Positions 54,228 to 62,155 of a DNA stretch of 64,000 bases are shown in pieces. Under the pieces are notes generated by a model. That model was given only the letters and a program-made list of their open reading frames with translations, ran no database searches and was not told the origin of the DNA. The number at the start of each line of letters is the position of its first letter. The stretch's first letter is position 1. The DNA comes from Gemmatimonadales bacterium (lineage in GTDB: Bacteria > Gemmatimonadota > Gemmatimonadetes > Gemmatimonadales > GWC2-71-9), in the NCBI GenBank assembly GCA_965249575.1, contig OZ252244.1, positions 256,001-320,000 on the forward strand, given 5' to 3'. The position numbers and the translations under genes were made by a program.

Positions 54228-56909
54228 TCAGGCTGCCTCAGTTCGAAAGATGTTCTGAAGGTCGAACGCGGTTCGCGCATGCCGCCGTGCTTCCTGCGCA
54301 AGGGGGCTTCCCGGGTCGAGGGTCACGACACGCTCCCAGCCGGCTACCGCGTCGCGGTACTGCCCCAATCGAGCCTTCACGACCGCGGCGAAGAACAGCG
54401 CGGCGACGTCTTCTTTATCGAAGGCGAGGACGCGCTCGAACGCCGCGAGCGCCTGCTTGAGTCGACCATCGTCGAGTAGCCCGTGTCCAAGGATCAGGAG
54501 CGCGTCGAGATCTGACGGATCCGACGCCAGCGCATCGGCCAGGAGGTTCACGGCGGCCCGTGGGCGGCCGGTGCGGCGATAGAGCTTCCCGAGTGCGTGG
54601 ACGGCCTCACAATACTGGGGCAGCGTGTCGAGGGCGGTCACGTACGACCGCTCGGCGGCGTCGTCGTCACTGCGGGTCTCGTGCAACGCGCCGAGATCCA
54701 CCCACACCTGAATCAACCGCGGGTCCAAATGCAACGCGGATTCGTACGCTTCTCGCGCGCGCTCCAGGTCACCCAACCCCACCAGTATGTCTCCCTCGAG
54801 CTTCAGGAGATCCGCCCGCTGGGGTGCGCGACTCCGAGCCGCGGCGAGCGCATTCAGGGCGCCGGCCGGATCACTCGCGGCGAGTCGAGCACGAGCCAGC
54901 GTCACCGCGGCATCGACGTCGTCGGGCTCCTCTTCCGCGAGGACCTGCGCTTCGACGATAGCTTCCGAACCACGCCCCAGAGCGACGAGAGCCCGCACCT
55001 CGCCAAGCCGGGCCCCGCGCCGTCCGGCGTCGATCGCTCGCGCCGCCCGATAACGTTCCAGCGCTTCGCCGTGGAGGCCGCGGCGAGTGAAGATTTCCCC
55101 CGCGATGAGATGGGCTTCCACCTGATCCCCGCCCCGGCTCAGGGCGCGGCTGTTTTCGGCGGCCGCGAGCTCCAAAAGACCTTTCGCGATGTAGTCGCGT
55201 GCGAGCGCGTACGGATCTTCCAGCCGCGGCGCCTCGTGCCGTGCGCTCGGGCGATCGAGCTCCTCGAACAGCTGATCGACAATGCCCTGATCGAACGCAA
55301 TACTCTGGCCCACGACATCGGTCGCGACATCCGCGGAGATATCGGGAACTACCGCGATGGTCGGATCTTCATACTGGAGGTCGATGGCCAGTCGGAATTT
55401 CTGGGGCACGTAATAGGGGTCGAGCGTCTGCGCGCGCGTCACCTCCCGCAGCGCGGCATCGTACTCTCCCAGCGTGGACAGTGCGAAGCTCAAGTTGTAG
55501 TGCGCTTCGGCGGATTCAGGATCGCTCTCGACCGCGCGGGCAAAGGCATTGCGAGCGTCGGCCGATCTCCCCAACTCAAGGAGGACGAGTCCGATTCCGT
55601 TCCACGCTGGAGCTGACACGCTGGCCGTTTCCACCACCTGCCGATAGGCCTGCAGGGCGAGCTGGTATCGCCTCAGCCTGAGCAGCAGCAGCCCGAGATT
55701 GAGGCGCGGGGTTGGGAGCTCCGGCGCGACTCGCAACCCGTCGCGAAACGTATCGAGCGCCTCATCGTTCTGTCCCCGGTGCGCCAACGCAACCGCAAGA
55801 TTGTTAAGCGCGAGCCCGTAAGTCGGAGAGATCTCCAGGGCCTTGCAGTAGGATCCGATCGCTTCGTCGGGGTTGCCGAGTTGGTGGAGCACCACGCCAC
55901 GCTCGTTCCAGAGCTTGGGCGAGTTCGCGTCGTCTTGTACGAGGCGCTCGTAAAGCTCCAGCGCCGCGACGTGGTCCCGCTTCAGCAGGTGCACCTCGGC
56001 CATCGCCTGAAGGACGAGGAGACGGTCCTCCCCGTGATCCAGCGCAAGCCGGTATTCCCGCAGCGATTCGTTGTAGTAGCCCCGCTGCCGGAACGCCAAC
56101 CCGAGGTTGAAGTGCGCGAGCGCCTCGCCCTCTGCCACTTGGAGCTGCGGGTTCGCCGCGAGCCCCGCACTCCTCCGTCCGCCGGCGTAGCGCTCGAGCG
56201 ACAGATTGGTTTGCGCGCGAGCGAAGGTGGGGTTCAGCGTGACCGCGCGTTTGGCTGCCGCCCGGGCCTCCTCATGCCGGCCGACATCGCCGAGGACGAA
56301 GGCCGTGATGTAGAGTGCGTCCGCGTTGTCGGGGTTGAGCGCGGTAGCGCGGGTGAGCGACGCCAAGGCGTCGGCATTCAGGCCCCGATTGTAAAGCACC
56401 TCGCCGAGGTAAAAATGCAGCACGCTGCTGTCGGGCTCGAGCTCCGAGGCCCGCGAAAACCATTCGGTAGCCTCCGAGAGGTTGCCCCGACTTTTTTCGG
56501 CGAGCCCGAGCTGGGTCAGCGCTGCGACGTCCTCGGGGTCGCGGGCGATGAGCGCTTCGAATTCGCTCGCCGCCGCGTCGTGCTGACCGAGTGAGGCATA
56601 CGTGCGTCCGAGCTCCCATCGCGCTTCACGATCATCGGGTGCGACCCGCAGTCGTTCATGAAGCTCCGCGACCAGGCGGTCATAGTGCCCCGTGTGCCGG
56701 TAAGCGATTTCCAAATTCCGCTGTGCTACCAGCATCTTTGGATCGAGCTCCAGGGCCCGGGTAAAGGCGCCAATCGCCTCGTCGATCAGCCATTTCTGGT
56801 AGTAGAGCACACCGAGATTGTTGTGCGCGCCCGGATCGGTCGCGTCGATACGATTGGCGAATGATCTCAGGACCGCGTGGTCCTGTTCGGACAGCACCGG
56901 AGGAGGCAC
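54228..56909 (-). CDS. Large multi-TPR protein (~890 aa)
   Basis: Repeated AHNNLG/AHFNLG/LWNERG/AHYNL TPR units along the length. Confidence 0.9.
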   Translation of the reverse strand: MPPPVLSEQDHAVLRSFANRIDATDPGAHNNLGVLYYQKWLIDEAIGAFTRALELDPKMLVAQRNLEIAYRHTGHYDRLVAELHERLRVAPDDREARWELGRTYASLGQHDAAASEFEALIARDPEDVAALTQLGLAEKSRGNLSEATEWFSRASELEPDSSVLHFYLGEVLYNRGLNADALASLTRATALNPDNADALYITAFVLGDVGRHEEARAAAKRAVTLNPTFARAQTNLSLERYAGGRRSAGLAANPQLQVAEGEALAHFNLGLAFRQRGYYNESLREYRLALDHGEDRLLVLQAMAEVHLLKRDHVAALELYERLVQDDANSPKLWNERGVVLHQLGNPDEAIGSYCKALEISPTYGLALNNLAVALAHRGQNDEALDTFRDGLRVAPELPTPRLNLGLLLLRLRRYQLALQAYRQVVETASVSAPAWNGIGLVLLELGRSADARNAFARAVESDPESAEAHYNLSFALSTLGEYDAALREVTRAQTLDPYYVPQKFRLAIDLQYEDPTIAVVPDISADVATDVVGQSIAFDQGIVDQLFEELDRPSARHEAPRLEDPYALARDYIAKGLLELAAAENSRALSRGGDQVEAHLIAGEIFTRRGLHGEALERYRAARAIDAGRRGARLGEVRALVALGRGSEAIVEAQVLAEEEPDDVDAAVTLARARLAASDPAGALNALAAARSRAPQRADLLKLEGDILVGLGDLERAREAYESALHLDPRLIQVWVDLGALHETRSDDDAAERSYVTALDTLPQYCEAVHALGKLYRRTGRPRAAVNLLADALASDPSDLDALLILGHGLLDDGRLKQALAAFERVLAFDKEDVAALFFAAVVKARLGQYRDAVAGWERVVTLDPGSPLAQEARRHARTAFDLQNIFRTEAA

Positions 56910-56914
56910 GCTGC

Positions 56915-57535
56915 CTAGCTCAGTCGGATGGCATCGAAGATGGCCTTGAGGGAGGCCAGGTCCGGCAGGAGGAGGAATTGGCCGCACAGCTCCCGCCCGT
57001 CGCCCTCGAAGCGAAAATGGGTTTCGACACAAAAGGCGAGATCACGATCGTGGCCGAAGTTGAGGTACACCGAAGTCAGCGCAGCCGCCGCGACGTCGAT
57101 CACCAGGCTCGGTACCGACGGGAGCAGCATCATTCCCATGAACTCCGAGAGGGCGTTCATGTAGGCGCCGCCCAGGATGTTTCCGGCTTCCTTCAGACTC
57201 GACTGCTCCAGCTCACTGAACACACTCGTCGCGCCCGGCGACCGACGTAGCAAACGATCGCACAGCTGCATGGCGTCGGATTCCGGGACGATGAGTAGCG
57301 TCCGCCCGGTAAGATCCCCGAGCATGTGCATTAAGACCGCGGCGACGACGGCGTTTGGATCTTGCAACAAATCAGGGACGCTCTCTACTTGCGCCGCCGT
57401 GATCTTGGGCACGCTTATCATGATCCGGCTCTCTGTCATCTGGGACAACGCGGTCGCTGCGTGCCCGGCGCCGATGTTCGCGACTTCCTTTAGCGCGTCG
57501 AGCTGACGCGCCTCGAGCTGAAACGGCTCGCTCAT
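56915..57535 (-). CDS. cheC: CheY-P phosphatase CheC
   Basis: LDALKEVANIGAGHAATALS and LKEAGNIL (two ExxN sites). Confidence 0.93.
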   Translation of the reverse strand: MSEPFQLEARQLDALKEVANIGAGHAATALSQMTESRIMISVPKITAAQVESVPDLLQDPNAVVAAVLMHMLGDLTGRTLLIVPESDAMQLCDRLLRRSPGATSVFSELEQSSLKEAGNILGGAYMNALSEFMGMMLLPSVPSLVIDVAAAALTSVYLNFGHDRDLAFCVETHFRFEGDGRELCGQFLLLPDLASLKAIFDAIRLS

Positions 57536-57545
57536 CCGTCCCCCC

Positions 57546-59411
57546 CTACACCAGCCCGCCGGCGTCCAGAATCAGCACCGGCCGTCCGTGTCCGAGAATC
57601 GAGGCCCCAGTGAATACCGGTAGCGTGCCCTTGGGTGGGTCGAAGGGCCGCACGACAATCTCCTGCTGCCCGATCATGGCATCGACGACGACACCGGTGC
57701 GGCGTTCCCCAAGCTCGAGGATCACCACCGGGCCCGGCGCCGGTGGCTCCCCTGGGACCTCGAGCAGCCGACGGAGGTGCACCAAAGGAACCACATGGTC
57801 GCGGAAGCGCAGGGCCTCGGCACCATCGACCCGGCTGACGGACTCCTTGTGGTACGCGATCGTCTCGGCCACGTGAGCCAGGGGCAGCGCGTACTCCTCT
57901 TCCCCGACCCGTGCAAGCAACGCCGGCACGATCGCAAGCGTCGGCGGCATCCGCAGCGTGAAGGTTGTTCCGGTACCGACGTCGCTCTGCACCTCCACCG
58001 ACCCGCCCAGCCCGCGCATCCGGGTAGCGACAATGTCGATCCCCACCCCCCGTCCCGACACGTCCGAGACGGCCTCCGCCGTGGTGAATCCCGGCCTGGC
58101 CAGGATTCGAAGCACGACGTCGTCGCCGACCCACTCGTCTTCTCCCACGAGGCCCCGTTCGCGGGCTTCCGCCAGGACCTTTGCCTTGTCGATCCCCCGG
58201 CCGTCGTCCGAGACGATGATGACCACGGCAGCCCGTTCCCGGAGGGCCGTGAGCACGATCCGTCCCCCGCGCGGCTTCCCAGCCGCGGCGCGTGTCTCCG
58301 GGTCTTCGATACCATGGTCGATCGCGTTGCGCAGAAGGTGTACGAGCGGATCGCCGATCTCATCGAGAATGGCGCGGTCGAGTTCGATGTCCTTCCCCTC
58401 GACCTGGAACGTGACTTGCTTTCCGAGCCGCACGGCCATGTCCCGCACCAGTCGGGGGAATCGGTCGAACACCTGCCAAACCGGAGTCATGCGGGCTTCG
58501 ATGATCTCGGCTTGTAGATTCCGGCTGAGTTGCGACAGTCGAACGACGGCTTCATCGAGCTCGGGCACGTCGAGTCTGCCGGCGAGTTCGGCCATGCGTT
58601 CCCGTTCCGTGACCAGCTCGCCGATCGAATTCATGAGTGAGTCCAGACGCCGGAGATCGACCCGGATGTTGCGCGCGCGACCGCCGCTCGCTTCGGGCCG
58701 GTTCGCGGCAGCATCGCCCGCATCGATCACGACCTCGCCCACGTCACCGGCGGCGCGGATCTCCCGCTCGATGACCTCGGGGTCGGCCTCGCTCTCGAGT
58801 ATCACGGTCAGCTGGCCGTCGAAGTCGTCGCTCTCGAACGCCGACGGCGCGGGGTTCACGGAGCGGACCTGACCGACCAATTCCAACCGCCGAAGCACGA
58901 CGAGTGCCCGCGCGCCCCTAAGCGCCGCGTCGGGGGAAATCCCGATGCGGACTCGCAACCCTACCGCGTCAGGCGGCCCCGCCTCCCGCGGTCGAGGGCG
59001 TTTGGCGGACTTCCGGGCGGCCTTTTTCTTGCCGACGCCGGCCGCCTTGTCGAGTTGACGAGAGACCTTGGCCACATTGGGATCCGGCTGCTTCCCTTCG
59101 ACGGCCGCTTCGATTGCGTGTTCCAGAGTATCGGCGGCGCGGAACAGGACCTCCAACGTCGCGTCGGTAACGGGCCTGGCTCCCTTGCGGAGCAGGTCGA
59201 GCAGGTTCTCCGCCCGATGCGCGAGGTCACCCACTTGGGTGTACCCCATCGTGTGCGCCATCCCCTTCAGGGTGTGCATTGCGCGGAAGATCTCGGTGAG
59301 CGGCTCGCGACTCGCGGGATCGCGCTCCCACTCGAGGAGTCGCTGGTTCACGGCACTGAGGTGCTCGCGGCTCTCTGCTAGGAAGAGATCCGCGTATTGC
59401 GACGCATCCAT
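57546..59411 (-). CDS. cheA: Chemotaxis histidine kinase CheA (no REC domain)
   Basis: FRAMHTLKG (Hpt), P2, HLLRNAIDHG, DDGRG, SGRGVG, C-terminal CheW domain. Confidence 0.97.
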   Translation of the reverse strand: MDASQYADLFLAESREHLSAVNQRLLEWERDPASREPLTEIFRAMHTLKGMAHTMGYTQVGDLAHRAENLLDLLRKGARPVTDATLEVLFRAADTLEHAIEAAVEGKQPDPNVAKVSRQLDKAAGVGKKKAARKSAKRPRPREAGPPDAVGLRVRIGISPDAALRGARALVVLRRLELVGQVRSVNPAPSAFESDDFDGQLTVILESEADPEVIEREIRAAGDVGEVVIDAGDAAANRPEASGGRARNIRVDLRRLDSLMNSIGELVTERERMAELAGRLDVPELDEAVVRLSQLSRNLQAEIIEARMTPVWQVFDRFPRLVRDMAVRLGKQVTFQVEGKDIELDRAILDEIGDPLVHLLRNAIDHGIEDPETRAAAGKPRGGRIVLTALRERAAVVIIVSDDGRGIDKAKVLAEARERGLVGEDEWVGDDVVLRILARPGFTTAEAVSDVSGRGVGIDIVATRMRGLGGSVEVQSDVGTGTTFTLRMPPTLAIVPALLARVGEEEYALPLAHVAETIAYHKESVSRVDGAEALRFRDHVVPLVHLRRLLEVPGEPPAPGPVVILELGERRTGVVVDAMIGQQEIVVRPFDPPKGTLPVFTGASILGHGRPVLILDAGGLV

Positions 59412-59413
59412 GC

Positions 59414-59776
59414 CTACGCCAGCACTCTCTCGACGGCCTCGAGCACCCGTGACGGCTGGAACGGTTTCACGACGAAGTCCCGGGCACCGGCCTGGATTGC
59501 CTCGACAACGAGCGCCTGCTGCCCCATCGCGCTGCACATGAGGATCCGCGCATTGGGATCCTCCTTGACGATTTCCCGGACGGCATCGATCCCACCCATG
59601 TCGGGCATGACGATGTCCATGGTAACGAGATCTGGCTTCAGCTGTCGGAACCGTTCGACCGCCTGCACGCCGGTCTCGGCTTCGCCGACCACCTCGAAGC
59701 CGGCCTGCGACAGGATATCGCCGATCATGGTTCGCATGAAGATCGCATCGTCGCAGACGAGTACTGTGTGGCTCAC
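59414..59776 (-). CDS. cheY: Chemotaxis response regulator CheY
   Basis: DDAIFMR, TMDIVMP, CSAMGQQ, FVVKPF. Confidence 0.95.
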   Translation of the reverse strand: MSHTVLVCDDAIFMRTMIGDILSQAGFEVVGEAETGVQAVERFRQLKPDLVTMDIVMPDMGGIDAVREIVKEDPNARILMCSAMGQQALVVEAIQAGARDFVVKPFQPSRVLEAVERVLA

Positions 59777-59784
59777 ATCCCCCC

Positions 59785-60219
59785 CTACGGAATCAGAATC
59801 GGACCGAGGACGGCGTCGAGATCGAGGAGCACGAACGACGCGTCCCCGTGATGACCCACTGCGCGCACGAGCGCGGAATCAACACCCGGCAAGTCCCGTT
59901 GCTCGGCCATCTCCCCGACGTCAACGTCGATCAGATCCAGCACCTCGTCGACCAGCAGCCCCACCTGCTTCGAGCCAACATCCAGCAGGATGATACTCCC
60001 CGACCGGTCGGACCGAGAACCGCCGAAGATCCGGCGACCGTCAACCAGGGTGACCAGAGATCCCCGGACGTTGATAAGGCCGACCACCTCAGGCGGCGCG
60101 CCCGGCACGCGGGTCGCCGCCTGCGGGGAGAGGATTTCACGCACCGCCCCGACCTCGGCACCGCAGGCCAGACCGGCCACCTCGAAGACCAGGAGTCTGA
60201 GCCTGGTAGAATCGGCCAT
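59785..60219 (-). CDS. cheW: CheW protein
   Basis: VPGAPPEVVGLINVRG, GLLVDEV. Confidence 0.92.
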   Translation of the reverse strand: MADSTRLRLLVFEVAGLACGAEVGAVREILSPQAATRVPGAPPEVVGLINVRGSLVTLVDGRRIFGGSRSDRSGSIILLDVGSKQVGLLVDEVLDLIDVDVGEMAEQRDLPGVDSALVRAVGHHGDASFVLLDLDAVLGPILIP

Positions 60220-60220
60220 C

Positions 60221-61219
60221 TTATTTAAACAGGCCAAGGTAGTCCAGCACGTTGAGCCGAGCAAGCAGTGCCGGATCCCCGCTCACCAGCGCGAGAACCG
60301 CGCGCAGATCGGCCGGACAATCCGAGTGGAATTCAAGCCATTCCCTCGATTCCGGATGAGCGAACGCCAATCTGGCAGCATGGAGCACCTGCCGAGGCGC
60401 CAGCTTGGCAACCTCGGTGGCGTGGGTTCGATCGGGCCCGCTCACGCCCCGGTGACCTCCACCTCCGTAAACCGGGTCACCGACGACCGGGTGGCCGATG
60501 GCTGAGAGGTGGACGCGGATTTGGTGGGTCCGGCCGGTCTCGAGGGTCACGCGCACGAGGTCACAGGTCCTGTAACGGGCGACCGGCTCGACTCGTGTGC
60601 TGGCTCTCCGACCCGTTGCTGAGACCGTCATGCGTTTCCGTTCTTTCGGATGGCGGCTGATAGGCCGGTCGATATCCATCACTGCGGAGATGTGGCCCCA
60701 GACCAATGCGACGTACCGTCTCTCAATCCGCCGCAATGACAGGGCGCTCGCGAGGCGCCGATGCGCACGGTCGGTCTTCGCTACGATGAGGAGGCCCGAA
60801 GTGTCTTTGTCCAGGCGGTGGACGATTCCCGGCCGGCCCGACGTGCCGGCCGACATGGGTGTTCCCCGCGCGGCGAGCGCATTGAGTAAGGTATCGCCCC
60901 AGTGCCCCGGGGCCGGATGAACGACCAGCCCCGCGGGCTTATCGACCACGAGCAGCGCGTCGTCTTCGTAAACGACCGATATCGGGATATCGTAGGGTTC
61001 GATGTGCTTCGGGGGCGCTTCATCGGGGATCGACACCTGGACGGTGTCGCCTCGGGCCAGCGTTTGCGAGGGGCGCGCCGCGACCCGGTTTACCCGAACG
61101 CGCCCGTCAGCCACCAGGCGCGCCACCTGGGTGCGGGAGATCGCGAGTTGATCGGCAAGGAAGCGGTCGAGACGCTCCGTGTCGTGAACCGAGACCTGGA
61201 AAATCGAGACGAGGGGCAC
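60221..61219 (-). CDS. rluD: RluA/RluD family pseudouridine synthase
   Basis: S4 domain, DKPAGLVVHP, HRLDKDTSG, TGRTHQIRVH, GHPVVGD. Confidence 0.92.
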   Translation of the reverse strand: MPLVSIFQVSVHDTERLDRFLADQLAISRTQVARLVADGRVRVNRVAARPSQTLARGDTVQVSIPDEAPPKHIEPYDIPISVVYEDDALLVVDKPAGLVVHPAPGHWGDTLLNALAARGTPMSAGTSGRPGIVHRLDKDTSGLLIVAKTDRAHRRLASALSLRRIERRYVALVWGHISAVMDIDRPISRHPKERKRMTVSATGRRASTRVEPVARYRTCDLVRVTLETGRTHQIRVHLSAIGHPVVGDPVYGGGGHRGVSGPDRTHATEVAKLAPRQVLHAARLAFAHPESREWLEFHSDCPADLRAVLALVSGDPALLARLNVLDYLGLFK

Positions 61220-61233
61220 CCGCGCGGGAGTGC

Positions 61234-61755
61234 CTAGGAGATCGCGGCGGCGTTGTCCCGTTCGCGGGCGCTCAAAGACTCGTGCTGGCCCTCCCGCCAC
61301 AGGATTGCGGCCAGTAGAATGGCCCCGCACGTCACCGCCATGTCAGCGACGTTGAAGGTGGGCCAGCGCAGGGTGCCGAACCCGACGTCGATGAAGTCGA
61401 CCACCCCCCGAGGGCTGCGCAGACGATCGATCAAGTTGCCGACCGCACCTCCGCACACCAACCCAAGCGCAATCAGTCGCACAGCTTGGGCCGGGTTCGT
61501 TTGGCGAACCATCGATCCCAGCACGACCAACGCGACAAGGGCCAACACGAGAAAGACCCAGCGGGAATACTGGCCGACGTGAATTCCGAATGCGGCGCCG
61601 GGATTGTAGACGATCTGAAGCGTGACCCAATCACCCACCACCCGCACCGGAACTCGCGAGAGCGTGGCCACGGCCAGCAGCTTCGTGACGAAATCGCTCG
61701 CGACGACTCCCGAGCCGACGATCCAGAACGCCGATCGGCTACCGGCGGTTGCCAT
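61234..61755 (-). CDS. lspA: Lipoprotein signal peptidase
   Basis: NPGAAFG, GAVGNLIDR, VVDF, FNVAD. Confidence 0.95.
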   Translation of the reverse strand: MATAGSRSAFWIVGSGVVASDFVTKLLAVATLSRVPVRVVGDWVTLQIVYNPGAAFGIHVGQYSRWVFLVLALVALVVLGSMVRQTNPAQAVRLIALGLVCGGAVGNLIDRLRSPRGVVDFIDVGFGTLRWPTFNVADMAVTCGAILLAAILWREGQHESLSARERDNAAAIS

Positions 61756-62122
61756 CTTCCTCCTTTGCCTTGCACTTGATGCAAAGCCGGGCGTGCGGAA
61801 GGGCATCGAGGCGCTCATAACCGATATCATCCCCACATTCGTGACACTTGCCGAACTTGGCCGGCGTTGCGTATAGCCGCCTGAGCGCTTCGTTCACGTG
61901 CCAGAAGTAGCGCCCCTCCTGTGACGCGAACAAGAACTGCTTCTCGCGCTCCATGGCGTCGGTGCCCTGGTCGGCCATGTGAAACGAATAGGATGATAGA
62001 TCCCCATCAGATCCTTGAAGCGTCGCGCTGAAGGATTCATCGTAGTGGCCGAGTTCCTTTATGACCCGTGCACGCTCCTCGAGAAGGCGTTTCTCGAAGT
62101 GAGCGAGCTGTTTCTTCTTCAT
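61739..62122 (-). CDS. DksA/TraR C4 zinc-finger protein
   Basis: Coiled-coil tip HMADQGTD; CHEC…CIKC. Confidence 0.9.
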   Translation of the reverse strand: MKKKQLAHFEKRLLEERARVIKELGHYDESFSATLQGSDGDLSSYSFHMADQGTDAMEREKQFLFASQEGRYFWHVNEALRRLYATPAKFGKCHECGDDIGYERLDALPHARLCIKCKAKEEDGNRR

Positions 62123-62155
62123 CTGTCAGTTGCCTTCCGCAGAGTGTCCAGCGTG

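Noticed and set aside
53055..54479. 474-aa plus-strand ORF
   Set aside because: Antisense to the well-supported DUF4388/TPR genes; no recognisable domain.
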